Source: Promethearchaeati archaeon (GTDB lineage: Archaea; Asgardarchaeota; Heimdallarchaeia; Heimdallarchaeales; Heimdallarchaeaceae). Taken from it: a stretch of DNA of 64,000 nt. The DNA is taken from positions 64,001 to 128,000 of the forward strand of contig JABLTJ010000007.1 in the NCBI GenBank assembly GCA_013166775.1, read 5' to 3'. Position numbers and translations under genes: made by a program. Below are positions 10,254-20,790 of this stretch, in pieces (the stretch's first letter is position 1; the number at the start of each line of letters is the position of its first letter). Below the pieces are notes generated by a model, which worked only from the letters and a program-made list of their open reading frames with translations, was not told the DNA's origin and ran no database searches.

Positions 10254-11009
10254 TCAGGATTTAAGCTTAAAACAATTTCTCAGTTCTTCTGAAAACTCGG
10301 AAGCTCTAAGAATTGAATTCAAAATATCAAAGCTCTGAATAACAGTTTTTAAAATTTCATAAGAAGCATTCTGTGAAATTTCTGCTAATTCCTCTGAGTG
10401 TTTTTTAAATAGCTCTTTTCTCTCATCTGATAATCTTGTATAGATTTTAATCAAAACTTTAGATAAGCATTCAATCGATGGTTCTGGTAGGTTATTCATC
10501 ATACTAAGTATTTTGCCAAGAATAGGAACAGAGTTTTGAAATTCGCAATTATTTTCAAAACCCAATTCTTTTCCAGTAAAAAAGTATAATTTAGCTATGC
10601 GTCCATAAAGATTCTCTGAAGCTGCTTTAGTGATTCTTCCTGTTTCATCAACTTGGATTCTTTTTCCTGCTTTGACAACGAGTTTCTTTTCTTGTAAAGC
10701 ACTGAGGTATTTGTAAATTGTTTTCTCTACTCTTTCCAATTCTTCTTTCTTCTTTTTCTTGTCTTTAGTGGGTAGTTCCAGTCCTTCAATAAAATCATAA
10801 ATTATTTGGTTATATTTTTTTGTTAAATCTCTAACAGTCATTGGTCCTTCTCTAAGAGCTTGTAAAATAGGTTCATATCTTGGATCAGAAATTATTTCCC
10901 ATAGATATGCATCTTCTATAACAGATATTGCTTCTTCTTTGAAAGTTATAATATCCTCATTCAAAATATTCACTCGAATTAATTCTCTTATTATACCTTT
11001 GTAAATCAT
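10254..11009 (-). CDS. winged-helix (ArsR-like) transcriptional regulator
   Basis: ILQALREGPMTVRDL...KTIYKYLSALQEKKLV..AG; divergent from an MFS gene. Confidence 0.75.
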   Translation of the reverse strand: MIYKGIIRELIRVNILNEDIITFKEEAISVIEDAYLWEIISDPRYEPILQALREGPMTVRDLTKKYNQIIYDFIEGLELPTKDKKKKKEELERVEKTIYKYLSALQEKKLVVKAGKRIQVDETGRITKAASENLYGRIAKLYFFTGKELGFENNCEFQNSVPILGKILSMMNNLPEPSIECLSKVLIKIYTRLSDERKELFKKHSEELAEISQNASYEILKTVIQSFDILNSILRASEFSEELRNCFKLKS

Positions 11010-11025
11010 TGAATTTAAATTTTTC

Positions 11026-11050
11026 TCTACATGTAGAAAACTTTATATAT
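11026..11050. promoter_or_regulatory. palindromic operator abutting a TATA box
   Basis: Perfect palindrome TCTACATGTAGA (11026-11037), then AAAC-TTTATATAT. Confidence 0.55.
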
Positions 11051-11076
11051 ATTATTGGAGACAGTATTCTTCAAGT

Positions 11077-12456
11077 GTGGAGAAAATCAAAAGGAAGGAT
11101 GTGAAAATGGAAGATGCAAGCATAAAGGAGAACAATATAACATCGAATCTCAAAGGATATTTATTTTTCTGGTCAGGCCAATTAACATCTTTGCTTGGAT
11201 CCAACATAGTTCAGTTCGTACTTATATGGTGGATCACAGTTAAAACAGAGAGCGCTATCTATCTTTCATTATCAGCTTTTATTGGATTCGCACCTACTAT
11301 ACTATTAACACCAGTTGCAGGTGTTCTTGTAGATAGATTAAATAGAAAAGGACTCCTAGGTTCTGTTGACTTTCTGCAAGCACTTGCAACTGTAGTACTT
11401 TTATTCTTATTCAGATTAGAAATTGCTACTGTTTCAATACTTCTAGGTTTCATAGCTATTCGTGGAGTTTTCCAAGCATTTCACACACCTGCTATTCAAG
11501 CATTAATTCCAATAATGATACCTCGAAAGCATCTTAACAGATTTAATAGTATAGACTTTTTCATGTCTAGTGTAATTTTCATGATAGGTCCTCTAGTTGC
11601 TGCAGTACTTTATGCAGCTTTTCCTATGCATCAAATACTATGGATCGACGCAGCAACTTTCCTAGTTGCAGTTATCCCATTGATATTAATCAAAATACCA
11701 AAAATAAAGAAAGATGAAATATTAAAGAAAGTTCAGAAATCTTCCTTCTATGCAGAATTAAAAGAAGGAATTTCTTTTATTAGAGAGAAGAAAGGATTAT
11801 TATCTTTACTAAGCGTTTTTACTGCAGCAAATTTAGTCTTTATGCCACTCTTTGTTCTCATGAATCTATTTGTGATAGAACATGGTGGAGGAGAAATACA
11901 ACTCTCATATGTGTTAGCATTTAATCAAGCAGGAACGATTGCAGGTTCACTCCTATTCATTGTATGGAAGGGTTTCAATAAGAAGGTCAATGGTGTTGCA
12001 CTAGGTATTTTAATTGCATATATTGGGTATATAGTAACAACTGTAACTCCTCTAGGACTGTTCTGGTTCATGGGAATAGGGATGTTAATAACTGGTTTTG
12101 CACTACCTATGGCAAATATTTCAAGTCAAACCATATGGCAAACCGTTGTACCTAAAGAAAAACTAGGAAGAGTAATGTCTGTAAGGATTACTATTGCACA
12201 AATGACAGCTCCAGTTGGAATGATACTTAGTGGATTTATTGCGGAAGCAATATCAATCAAATATTTATTTATGGCTTCAGCTATCTTAGGAACACTTGCT
12301 CTTGCATCTTCTTGGTTCTTTACATCCTTCCGTAAAGTAGAAGACGATATAGTCTATGATGAAGATGAATCTGTTGAAGAAATTTCTGAAATACCTAGTA
12401 TCGAATTTTCATCTATAGATATTGAACAAGTACAAACATCTAGTGTTAAGGATTAA
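11077..12456 (+). CDS. MFS efflux transporter (MefA/DHA3-like)
   Basis: FWSGQLTSLLGS, GVLVDRLNRK motif A, about 12 TM; start probably ATG 11107. Confidence 0.9.
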   Translation: MEKIKRKDVKMEDASIKENNITSNLKGYLFFWSGQLTSLLGSNIVQFVLIWWITVKTESAIYLSLSAFIGFAPTILLTPVAGVLVDRLNRKGLLGSVDFLQALATVVLLFLFRLEIATVSILLGFIAIRGVFQAFHTPAIQALIPIMIPRKHLNRFNSIDFFMSSVIFMIGPLVAAVLYAAFPMHQILWIDAATFLVAVIPLILIKIPKIKKDEILKKVQKSSFYAELKEGISFIREKKGLLSLLSVFTAANLVFMPLFVLMNLFVIEHGGGEIQLSYVLAFNQAGTIAGSLLFIVWKGFNKKVNGVALGILIAYIGYIVTTVTPLGLFWFMGIGMLITGFALPMANISSQTIWQTVVPKEKLGRVMSVRITIAQMTAPVGMILSGFIAEAISIKYLFMASAILGTLALASSWFFTSFRKVEDDIVYDEDESVEEISEIPSIEFSSIDIEQVQTSSVKD

Positions 12457-12529
12457 TTTGGAGGAAATAATCTTTCTTAAGAACTGAAACTCTTTTAAAT
12501 TCCTTTTATTTCCTTATCTTACAGTTACA

Positions 12530-13678
12530 GTGGTTTTAGATATGAAAATTGTAGTTCTTGGTGCAGGATTAGTAGGAAACGTTATTGCAAGAGATTTGGC
12601 TGAAGATACTGCATTTGAAGTTTCAATTGTAGATTTTAATCAACAAACATTAGATATACTTACACATGATTATGATCTTCAAGGAATTTGTGCAGATTTA
12701 TCCAATCCTAATATAATCAAAGATATCGTGAAAGATTATGATTTGGTTATAGGTGCGCTCCCAGGTTTTATTGGATATCAAGCTCTTAAAGCAGTTATTG
12801 AGGTTGGGAAAAATATTGTTGACATATCTTTCTTTGAAGAGGATCCATTCAGTTTAGATGAACTAGCAAAAGAGAAAGGAGTAACAGCAGTTGTCGATTG
12901 TGGAGTTGCACCTGGATCTAGCAATATAATTCTGGGATATGTTGACAGCATTCTAGAAAAAACAGAAAGTTTTCTTTGCTATATAGGAGGATTACCTGTT
13001 GAGAGAGATTGGCCATTTGAATATAAAGCACCTTTTTCACCAACAGATGTAATTGAAGAATATCTACGACAAGCACGATACATTGAGAACAGTGAAATAG
13101 TGATCAAACCTGCTTTATCTGAACCTGAATTGTTAGATTTCCCAGAAGTGGGAACTCTAGAAGCTTTCAATACTGATGGTTTAAGATCTCTTATTCAAAC
13201 AATGGATATACCTTTTATGAAGGAAAAAACACTCAGATATCCTGGTCATATTGAAAAAATGAGAGTGTTAAGGGAAACAGGATTCTTCAATAAGGAAGAA
13301 ATTGATGTAAATGGAATCAAAATAAAACCAATTGAATTAACATCTAAACTTCTTTTTGATCAATGGAAACTTGAAGAAAGAGATGAAGATCTTACAGTTA
13401 TGAGGATAATTATAGAAGGAATAAAAGAAGGGAAGAAGCTTAGATACACCTATGAGATGTTAGACAAATACGATAAAGAAAAACGAGTAATCTCAATGGC
13501 TAGAACAACAGGTTATACTTGCACAGCTGTTGCACGAATACTTCTAGAAGGTAAATTTGACAAAAAAGGAATCATTCCTCCAGAATTACTTGGGAAAGAT
13601 TCAGAAGTCTATCACCAGGTCATAGAAGACCTATGGAAAAGAAATGTGATATTTAAGGAGACAATAGAAGAGCTTTAA
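12530..13678 (+). CDS. saccharopine dehydrogenase / lysine 6-dehydrogenase family
   Basis: GAGLVG Rossmann motif, DCGVAPG, GGLP, EAFNTDGL, KTLRYPGH, MARTTG. Confidence 0.9.
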   Translation: MVLDMKIVVLGAGLVGNVIARDLAEDTAFEVSIVDFNQQTLDILTHDYDLQGICADLSNPNIIKDIVKDYDLVIGALPGFIGYQALKAVIEVGKNIVDISFFEEDPFSLDELAKEKGVTAVVDCGVAPGSSNIILGYVDSILEKTESFLCYIGGLPVERDWPFEYKAPFSPTDVIEEYLRQARYIENSEIVIKPALSEPELLDFPEVGTLEAFNTDGLRSLIQTMDIPFMKEKTLRYPGHIEKMRVLRETGFFNKEEIDVNGIKIKPIELTSKLLFDQWKLEERDEDLTVMRIIIEGIKEGKKLRYTYEMLDKYDKEKRVISMARTTGYTCTAVARILLEGKFDKKGIIPPELLGKDSEVYHQVIEDLWKRNVIFKETIEEL

Positions 13679-13722
13679 GATAAAGAATATATAACAATAT
13701 TCAATATATTAGATAGAGAATC

Positions 13723-14781
13723 ATGCCCAAAATCTCTTCTGGTTGTTCAATGATTGAACAAGGTTATCCGCAAGGAAGTTGTTTAGTAGAAACATCAGAA
13801 GGTAAAACAAAATTAGCTTGTAAATCAACGCTTAGATACTCACAAAACAAAGGTTATGAACGTGTTATTAAGTCGCATCATTTATCTCGACCAGAGGATT
13901 ATCTTTCTATATACCAGAGTGGTTGTAATCATACTTGTCTGAAATGTCACTCACATGATTTTAGCAAAGTTGTTAATGGCAAATGGATGAGTGCAGATGA
14001 AATTGCACAAGCAACTATTGAATATAGTAAGCATATAACAGTCTTTGAACCAAGAGAAGCAGCTACAAGTTGGCATGCTCATAGACTCTGTCGACATTGT
14101 GGTTCTTGTGTATTATATGGTGTTCAATCAGAAGATTGTCCTAGAAAACTCAAACAAGAACAAGTAGTTTTCAGTCCTCAAGGATTTGGTCCTGCTAGAA
14201 ATATAGTTGCTTTCACAGGTGGAGATGTAATGTGTAAACCAGATTTTTATCTAGAAGTTGCTAAGAAAATAAAGAAAGAGCTGGATGATTTTTGGATTCT
14301 TCTTGAATCAAATGGATATGGCTTAACACCTCAGAATTTAGAAGCCTATGCAGCTGGAGGTATCGATGCTTTTTGGCTAGATATTAAGGCTTTTTCAAAA
14401 GATGTTTATAGAAAACTCTGTGGAACAACAAACGAACAAATTCTGGAAAGCGTGCAAAGAATAATAGATTTTGGTTTTACTTTAGAGGTTTTAACATTGT
14501 ACATTCCTTTTTTCGTTGAAACTGATGAGCATGAAAAAATTGCTGAATTAATTGCAGGGATTGATCCAACTATTCCAACTACATTACTAGCTTTTTTTCC
14601 TTGTTACAAATTGGAATCACCAATTTATAGACCTCCAAGAAAAGAAGAGATAGTTGAGAGTATAAAAAAAATGAGAGATATTGGTTTAAAGAACTTAAGA
14701 ATTGGTAATCTTGGTACTTTTATAAAAGACAGTAGTGACATAGATTATTTAGAGGAGGAAATAGGTGCTGATTTCTTCTGA
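13723..14781 (+). CDS. radical SAM protein, PFL-activase-like
   Basis: CNHTCLKC, FTGGD, ESNGY, WLDIKA. Confidence 0.85.
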   Translation: MPKISSGCSMIEQGYPQGSCLVETSEGKTKLACKSTLRYSQNKGYERVIKSHHLSRPEDYLSIYQSGCNHTCLKCHSHDFSKVVNGKWMSADEIAQATIEYSKHITVFEPREAATSWHAHRLCRHCGSCVLYGVQSEDCPRKLKQEQVVFSPQGFGPARNIVAFTGGDVMCKPDFYLEVAKKIKKELDDFWILLESNGYGLTPQNLEAYAAGGIDAFWLDIKAFSKDVYRKLCGTTNEQILESVQRIIDFGFTLEVLTLYIPFFVETDEHEKIAELIAGIDPTIPTTLLAFFPCYKLESPIYRPPRKEEIVESIKKMRDIGLKNLRIGNLGTFIKDSSDIDYLEEEIGADFF

Positions 14782-14823
14782 ACAGCATTCCTTCAAATTG
14801 GTAAGAATTTTATATATCATTAA

Positions 14824-16230
14824 ATGATTAAAAGTATTGAGCAGTTGAAGAAAATGAAGAAGAAAGCTGTTACTGCAATTGTTATCGGAGCAGGAGATAG
14901 GGGAGCTGATGTTTATGCAAACTATGCATTAAGATTCCCTGATGAAATGAAAGTTGTAGCTGTTGCTGAACCAATTGAAGAAAGAAGGAATTTAGTAAAA
15001 GTAAAACATAATCTTAAAGAAGATAGATGTTTTTCAAGTTGGGAAAAAATTCTTGCAGAACAAAAACTAGCAGATCTAGCCATAGTAGCTACACAAGATC
15101 AAATGCATGCGGAACCTGCAATTTTAGCTATGAGAAAAGGTTACGATGTATTATTGGAAAAGCCAATGGCAAACACTATTGATGATTGTAAGGAACTTGT
15201 AGAAGTATCAAAAGAAACAGGAAAATTATTGCAAATATGTCATGTTTTAAGATATGCACCTTATTTTTCACAACTTAAGAGTGTTATCGAATCAGGAAGA
15301 ATAGGAGATATTGTTAACATATCTTGGAGAGAAAATGTTTCCTATTGGCATTACTCGCATTCATATATTAGAGGCAATTGGCATAATCGAGATGAATCAA
15401 GTCCTATGATTCTAGCGAAATCATGTCATGATATGGATCTTCTATTTTGGTTAATTAGAAGTCCAACAAAAAAGATTCATTCATTCGGAAATCAAACTCA
15501 CTTCGGAAGATTTAATCAACCAGAAGGAGCACCAGATAGATGTTTAGATGGATGTCCAGTTTCTGAATCCTGTTTATACTATGCTCCAAGGTTATATTTA
15601 GATCTTGTACCACTTATTCATATGCATAAAAAAGCAGGTTCTATTTCAGAGAAATTGTTTTCAAGTCTAGTACTTAGGTATCCAAATCTTACACAAATTC
15701 CTCCTTTTAAAAAAGTGAAAGAGTATACAGGTTGGCCAATTAGTGTTATTTCTAAAGATCTATCTTATGAAGGAAGAATCAAAGCTCTACAAGAAACTAA
15801 TTATGGAAAGTGTGTTTATGCAATTGATGATCATAATATAGTAGATCATCAAATAGTGAATATTGAATTTGATAATAAAGTAACAGCTTCATTTACAATG
15901 CATGGATTTTCAGATGAAGAAGGAAGATCATTTCGAATAGATGGCACAAAAGGAACAATTAAAGGAGATTACTTCTTCTCCAAGCAGATAATTTCAATTA
16001 TTGATGTTCTAACAGGTAAAGAAGAGCAAATTGGAACTGAAAAGATAGATATGGCTCATGGTGGTGGAGATGATGTGATCATGAAGGTTTTCTTAAAAAG
16101 TGTAAGATTTAGAGAGAAGGAGGATATTCTTACTACAGCAAGTAATGCTTTAGAATCTCATCTTATGGCTTTCGCAGCCGACATTTCTAGAGTAGAAGAA
16201 AGGATTGTTGAAATGAAAGAACTAAGATAA
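14824..16230 (+). CDS. Gfo/Idh/MocA oxidoreductase
   Basis: GAGDRG, LLEKPMA, KSCHDMD, HGGGD. Confidence 0.9.
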   Translation: MIKSIEQLKKMKKKAVTAIVIGAGDRGADVYANYALRFPDEMKVVAVAEPIEERRNLVKVKHNLKEDRCFSSWEKILAEQKLADLAIVATQDQMHAEPAILAMRKGYDVLLEKPMANTIDDCKELVEVSKETGKLLQICHVLRYAPYFSQLKSVIESGRIGDIVNISWRENVSYWHYSHSYIRGNWHNRDESSPMILAKSCHDMDLLFWLIRSPTKKIHSFGNQTHFGRFNQPEGAPDRCLDGCPVSESCLYYAPRLYLDLVPLIHMHKKAGSISEKLFSSLVLRYPNLTQIPPFKKVKEYTGWPISVISKDLSYEGRIKALQETNYGKCVYAIDDHNIVDHQIVNIEFDNKVTASFTMHGFSDEEGRSFRIDGTKGTIKGDYFFSKQIISIIDVLTGKEEQIGTEKIDMAHGGGDDVIMKVFLKSVRFREKEDILTTASNALESHLMAFAADISRVEERIVEMKELR

Positions 16231-16282
16231 TTTCACAAAGAAGAACAGTAAGAATAATATATGGAGTATCAATTTTTACTTA

Positions 16283-16915
16283 ATGATACAAAATATAATC
16301 ATTACACACGAAAGTGGGATACCGCTTTTTGCTCGTTCATTGATGTGTCATATAGGGATGCATTGCATAGATTTAGCTAAAGATAGCACATTTACAGATG
16401 AAACTCTTTTGAATTCAGCATTGTATAGTGCTATGTTAATCTATGATCAAGCAAATCCAAATCAATTTCATGAGTTTAAGATGGATAAAAGTAAGACTCT
16501 GACCTTTCCAAACAAGAATATAACCGTCATTATGAATACAGATCCTGATGATGATTTTAATGAATATAAGAACAGATTAAGATTATTCGCAGATTTATTC
16601 ATGAAGAATTACTCGGAGAAAATAATAAATTTTGATGGAGATATCAGTCATTTCATCGGTTTTCAAGAAATTATTGCACAAGAAGGTTTACTAGATGAAG
16701 GGGAAAGATTCAGAAAGAATTGTGTGGAATGTGAATATGATAAAGCATGTGTTTACCGTATTAATATTGGACCAACCAACAAGACTTTGAAAGAAAGATT
16801 CGCCACTATAAGACCAATTGGATGGTTCAGAAAGTTTATGCTTATCATGCAAGGAATGTTTAAACCTCGCTATATTAAACTTGAACTTGAACTAGCATAT
16901 ATGATGAAGAAATAA
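16283..16915 (+). CDS. longin-like domain protein with Cys-rich C-terminal extension
   Basis: IQNIIITHESGIPLF beta-hairpin, LNSALYSAM helix, F...Y...I..FDGD...F..F longin signature; CVEC...C tail. Confidence 0.6.
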   Translation: MIQNIIITHESGIPLFARSLMCHIGMHCIDLAKDSTFTDETLLNSALYSAMLIYDQANPNQFHEFKMDKSKTLTFPNKNITVIMNTDPDDDFNEYKNRLRLFADLFMKNYSEKIINFDGDISHFIGFQEIIAQEGLLDEGERFRKNCVECEYDKACVYRINIGPTNKTLKERFATIRPIGWFRKFMLIMQGMFKPRYIKLELELAYMMKK

Positions 16916-16916
16916 C

Positions 16917-17921
16917 TTATTCTAGTTTTACTTTCTTCTTATTTTCCCTATAGTAAGGAGACCTAAGAATCAAGTATAATTTTGCTAATGGACTAACCAC
17001 CCTGATCAAAGCTTTTCTGACCTTTATTCTTCTTTCAAATTCTTGTGCAAAATCTTCAAGAGTATATCGTTGATATTTCAGAAGTTCTTGAGAATCTTTA
17101 GTATACAACCAATCTAAATGAAACCAGTCTTTATCATTTTTTGGCTCTCTAAAGCATTCGCGAGGGATAGCTCCCACTCCGAAAGCTTCTAATAGACGAG
17201 TAATATATTCTCCAGAAGTCATTCTACAAGAATCACCTCCAGCAATATTCATAATTCTTTGATTTTCAAACGCTTTAATTGCATTCACACAGGCTAAACC
17301 TGCATCCCAAGTATGGACTGATTCCATTCTTTGATCATAAGGAACCTCAAACATTAATGCGGGTATTTTCATTGGCATTCTCATTGAAGGAACAGCAGTT
17401 AATCTCAGGATCATCCAATCTAATGAGCTAGCTTGTAATATTTTTTCCATATCCCATTTTTGGAAAGCATAGATATCGTGAGGTAAAGGTTCGATTTTAT
17501 CCGTAACTTTTCTAGGTGGTTCTTCTCCCATCGTTGAACCATATAAAGCAAGACTACTTGTAAAAAGGATTTTAGGCTTATTTTGTAACATTTCAGCTGC
17601 ATTGACTAAGTTCTGCATACCACCTGTATTTACTTCATTTGCATATTCTGGATCCTTTTCGAAATCAGGAGGAATAACAGCACAAAGGTGAATAGCAAAA
17701 TCTATTCCTCCTTGAAGAATTCTCTTTACTTCTTCAAAATTTCTAATATCTCCCCATATTGTTTCGAATCTATTTGGATATTTTTTTGACATGTGTTTGT
17801 AAACTTTCTTGGTACGTCTAGTCTTTTTATCAAAACAACGGACTTCATAGTTATTTTTCAAGAGCTCCTCTAGGGTACTTTCGCCAACATTTCCAAAAGG
17901 ACCTGTAAGTAAAATTTTCAT
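16917..17921 (-). CDS. NAD-dependent epimerase/dehydratase (extended SDR)
   Basis: TGPFGNVG, TSS, YAFQK (YxxxK). Confidence 0.9.
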   Translation of the reverse strand: MKILLTGPFGNVGESTLEELLKNNYEVRCFDKKTRRTKKVYKHMSKKYPNRFETIWGDIRNFEEVKRILQGGIDFAIHLCAVIPPDFEKDPEYANEVNTGGMQNLVNAAEMLQNKPKILFTSSLALYGSTMGEEPPRKVTDKIEPLPHDIYAFQKWDMEKILQASSLDWMILRLTAVPSMRMPMKIPALMFEVPYDQRMESVHTWDAGLACVNAIKAFENQRIMNIAGGDSCRMTSGEYITRLLEAFGVGAIPRECFREPKNDKDWFHLDWLYTKDSQELLKYQRYTLEDFAQEFERRIKVRKALIRVVSPLAKLYLILRSPYYRENKKKVKLE

Positions 17922-18003
17922 AGTACGCTTGTGTGCTTTATAGCTTTTATTTAATTCTTGTTAACAGAAAATTTACAATATTCTGAAAATAACGGATAGC
18001 TAA

Positions 18004-19749
18004 CTAGCCAGAAGTTAAAGTAGTTTCTTTTGATTTATCAGCTTTTGGAAACATTTTGTTAGCTACGAATATTAATATTACAAGTAAGATTGCTTCAGCT
18101 ACTCCAACTAAATAAAGTTCAATTTGAGTGAGGAGTATAAGACCAACTAACAGGGATGCAGGGAAAAGAAACAGTGTGATATATTTGACAGTTTTATTAC
18201 TATTATTAATTTCGTCTAGAACATTCTTATACCTCAATTTTCCGAACATTACTACTTTAAGTAATAATGTTGATATACCAATTAAAGGTACTGCTGGAAG
18301 AAATATTAGTATTAAGATTACGTTATCTAAAAAACCTCCTTGATTTATCATAACTGGAATTGTAAGCAATAATCCTAATGGAATATTGATGAAGAAATAC
18401 GGTAGTTTAGATTTAAATTTATCTCTCTCTATTATAGGTAAAGAAGACGTAATCGTCTCTCCTCCTGCATCTACATATGTTAAACCCATTATCAGCATTA
18501 CAGTTGTAAGTGCGACATAGAACATTATAATAATGAAACCTATTGATATGCCACCAGTGCCAAAATAATCCGCGTCAATAGTTCCTATTGCACCAAAAAT
18601 GGGGATCATTAAAGGCATTATCATGAAGATTATCAGTTGCATTTCTCGAGTAATCAATGATAAATCCCTACGTATAAAAGCTTTAACAGGAGAGGAATTA
18701 ACAATTTCATAATTCTGTAATTGTTCTTCATCTTTTATCTTAACATCTTTAATTTCGGTTGATGAGATGCCTTTCAACATGTCTATTGCTTTGTTATACA
18801 TAAAATAAGTAATAACTGAATATAGTAATAAGCCTATAATTGAACCAACCAAAACGATTACTGAAATCGATTCAAATCCAAGAGCAATGTTGGATAAAAG
18901 AAATCCTCCAGCGAAAGGAAATGGGATAAAACTCAATATAATACTAATGATGTTAGTTGTTCCATCACCAATCGATTGTAGGGGATAAAGTTGTGGGATT
19001 TTTTCCATAGCGAATCGTATTAAAATTGACATGAGCATTGTAGCCATTAGGTAAACAACAACACTGAATATTCTGAAGAAAGTGGTTTTCTTGTCTCCAA
19101 TCTCACTTCCTTCCATTAAGATTGCCATCTTACGTAATACAATTACTACTAAACTTAAAATGAATATAACATTTATAATTGAAATAACAATACTTGAAAA
19201 AATAAGTAAAATGATTGTAGGAACTGAAAAAGAAGGATTATTTTGTATAAGTACACCAATGATAATCCCAACAGGTAAGAGAAGACCAATAGCAATTAAT
19301 TGAAGATTCATCCCTCTTATGAAAGTAAACATACCTATTTTTTGTACATCTCTTCGACTGAAAGGAAGAGTACCTAACCATTCATAGGGTCCTCCAGACA
19401 TTAATCCCCAAGTAAACATTACTGAGAAAATTAACAAGATTACAGGAAGAAAGAGAAGGAAACCACTCATAGATAATCCTCCAACAAAATTAACCCACTG
19501 AGGACTAACACCAGCAGCAGATACAGTTGCAATTTGTAATAAAGAAACAACAGGGACTAATGTCATAATTGCGATATAAAGTACAGTTATAGCTTTCAGA
19601 ATAATTGCTGGAGCTTTGGCGGAATTTTTATCTTTTTCCACTCTCTCTAAAAATTTCGCTTGACTACTGCCAGCTGTATTCATGCCAGTATGTAATATTG
19701 CTTCATTGTAGGTTTTCTTAGAATATTTGTAGAGTTCACTGTTCTTCAT
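18004..19749 (-). CDS. ABC-2 type exporter permease
   Basis: More than 12 TM, LPFS, RRDLSLITRE; overlaps the ATPase stop by 4 nt. Confidence 0.8.
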   Translation of the reverse strand: MKNSELYKYSKKTYNEAILHTGMNTAGSSQAKFLERVEKDKNSAKAPAIILKAITVLYIAIMTLVPVVSLLQIATVSAAGVSPQWVNFVGGLSMSGFLLFLPVILLIFSVMFTWGLMSGGPYEWLGTLPFSRRDVQKIGMFTFIRGMNLQLIAIGLLLPVGIIIGVLIQNNPSFSVPTIILLIFSSIVISIINVIFILSLVVIVLRKMAILMEGSEIGDKKTTFFRIFSVVVYLMATMLMSILIRFAMEKIPQLYPLQSIGDGTTNIISIILSFIPFPFAGGFLLSNIALGFESISVIVLVGSIIGLLLYSVITYFMYNKAIDMLKGISSTEIKDVKIKDEEQLQNYEIVNSSPVKAFIRRDLSLITREMQLIIFMIMPLMIPIFGAIGTIDADYFGTGGISIGFIIIMFYVALTTVMLIMGLTYVDAGGETITSSLPIIERDKFKSKLPYFFINIPLGLLLTIPVMINQGGFLDNVILILIFLPAVPLIGISTLLLKVVMFGKLRYKNVLDEINNSNKTVKYITLFLFPASLLVGLILLTQIELYLVGVAEAILLVILIFVANKMFPKADKSKETTLTSG

Positions 19750-20624
19750 TTGGAAGCACCAGAATGATTGTTTCTTTTCATTTTTCTAAGATTGGAAATA
19801 ATTCTATTGACAGATTCATCTTCATGAGTAAGTTTCAAGAAAATATCTTCTAGATTTGCACCTGCTTTGTCTGCCATTTTTGATAATTCTTCTACTGTGC
19901 CCATAGCAATTGATTTTCCATGATCAATTATACAAATTCTATCACAAATTTCTTCAGCAATTTCCAATATGTGTGTAGAGAATATTACAGAACCACCACG
20001 TTCAGTGTGAAGCTCTATGATTTCTTTAACAACCTTTGATGATTTGGCATCCAAACCTGTTAACGGTTCATCTAAAATTAACAAATCTGGTTCATGTAAG
20101 AGAGAAGCTATAACTTGAATTTTCTGTTTTGTGCCTCGTGATAAAGTTGCGATAAGTTTTTCATAGTATTCTTCTGCTTCCAAACTTTCAAGATAATACT
20201 GCAATTTTTCTAGTGTTTCTTCCTCTTTTAGATTTCTGATTGAAGCTATAAAATTAAACAACTGTTTGGGTGACATTGATTTGAAAATCAATGGTTCTTC
20301 TGAAACATACCCAATTCGTTCTTTAACCTTAATTTCATCCTTACCAGGATGTAAATCGAAAACGCTAATATCACCTTTGTCAGGTTCTAATAACCCAAGA
20401 ATAAGTTTAATAGTTGTAGTTTTTCCCGCGCCATTAGGACCTAAAAGTCCAAAAATCTCCCCTTTCTTTACTTCAAAACTCAAACCATCTACTGCTATAA
20501 CAGGTCCAAATGTTTTTGTAATGTCTTTGACACTCACCAGATTCTCAATTTTTCCATTCATTTTATCATCCATTATTAGATCGCTTTCTATTTTTGCTAA
20601 TCCTGAAAGAACTGTATCATCCAT
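19746..20624 (-). CDS. ABC transporter ATP-binding protein
   Basis: GPNGAGKTT, LSRGTKQK, LILDEP, STH. Confidence 0.95.
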   Translation of the reverse strand: MDDTVLSGLAKIESDLIMDDKMNGKIENLVSVKDITKTFGPVIAVDGLSFEVKKGEIFGLLGPNGAGKTTTIKLILGLLEPDKGDISVFDLHPGKDEIKVKERIGYVSEEPLIFKSMSPKQLFNFIASIRNLKEEETLEKLQYYLESLEAEEYYEKLIATLSRGTKQKIQVIASLLHEPDLLILDEPLTGLDAKSSKVVKEIIELHTERGGSVIFSTHILEIAEEICDRICIIDHGKSIAMGTVEELSKMADKAGANLEDIFLKLTHEDESVNRIISNLRKMKRNNHSGASK

Positions 20625-20790
20625 AACTCCAACTCCTGATTTTTTTTATTACGAATTTTTGCCCAGTTTAGACTCTTATAAATTTTCTAATTCGAGCGAA
20701 TTGCCCCAGCTCTTCACTGATATCTCAAACTATTTTTGTTGAAAATGTTCACAGACATTTAAATACCTTTCAAAATAAGCTAACGTGAAA

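Noticed and set aside
20266-20742. 158-aa plus-strand ORF, and the other short ORFs nested in or antisense to long genes (e.g. 6370, 23995, 33339, 39558, 46690)
   Set aside because: They are shadows of well-supported genes and have no motifs of their own.
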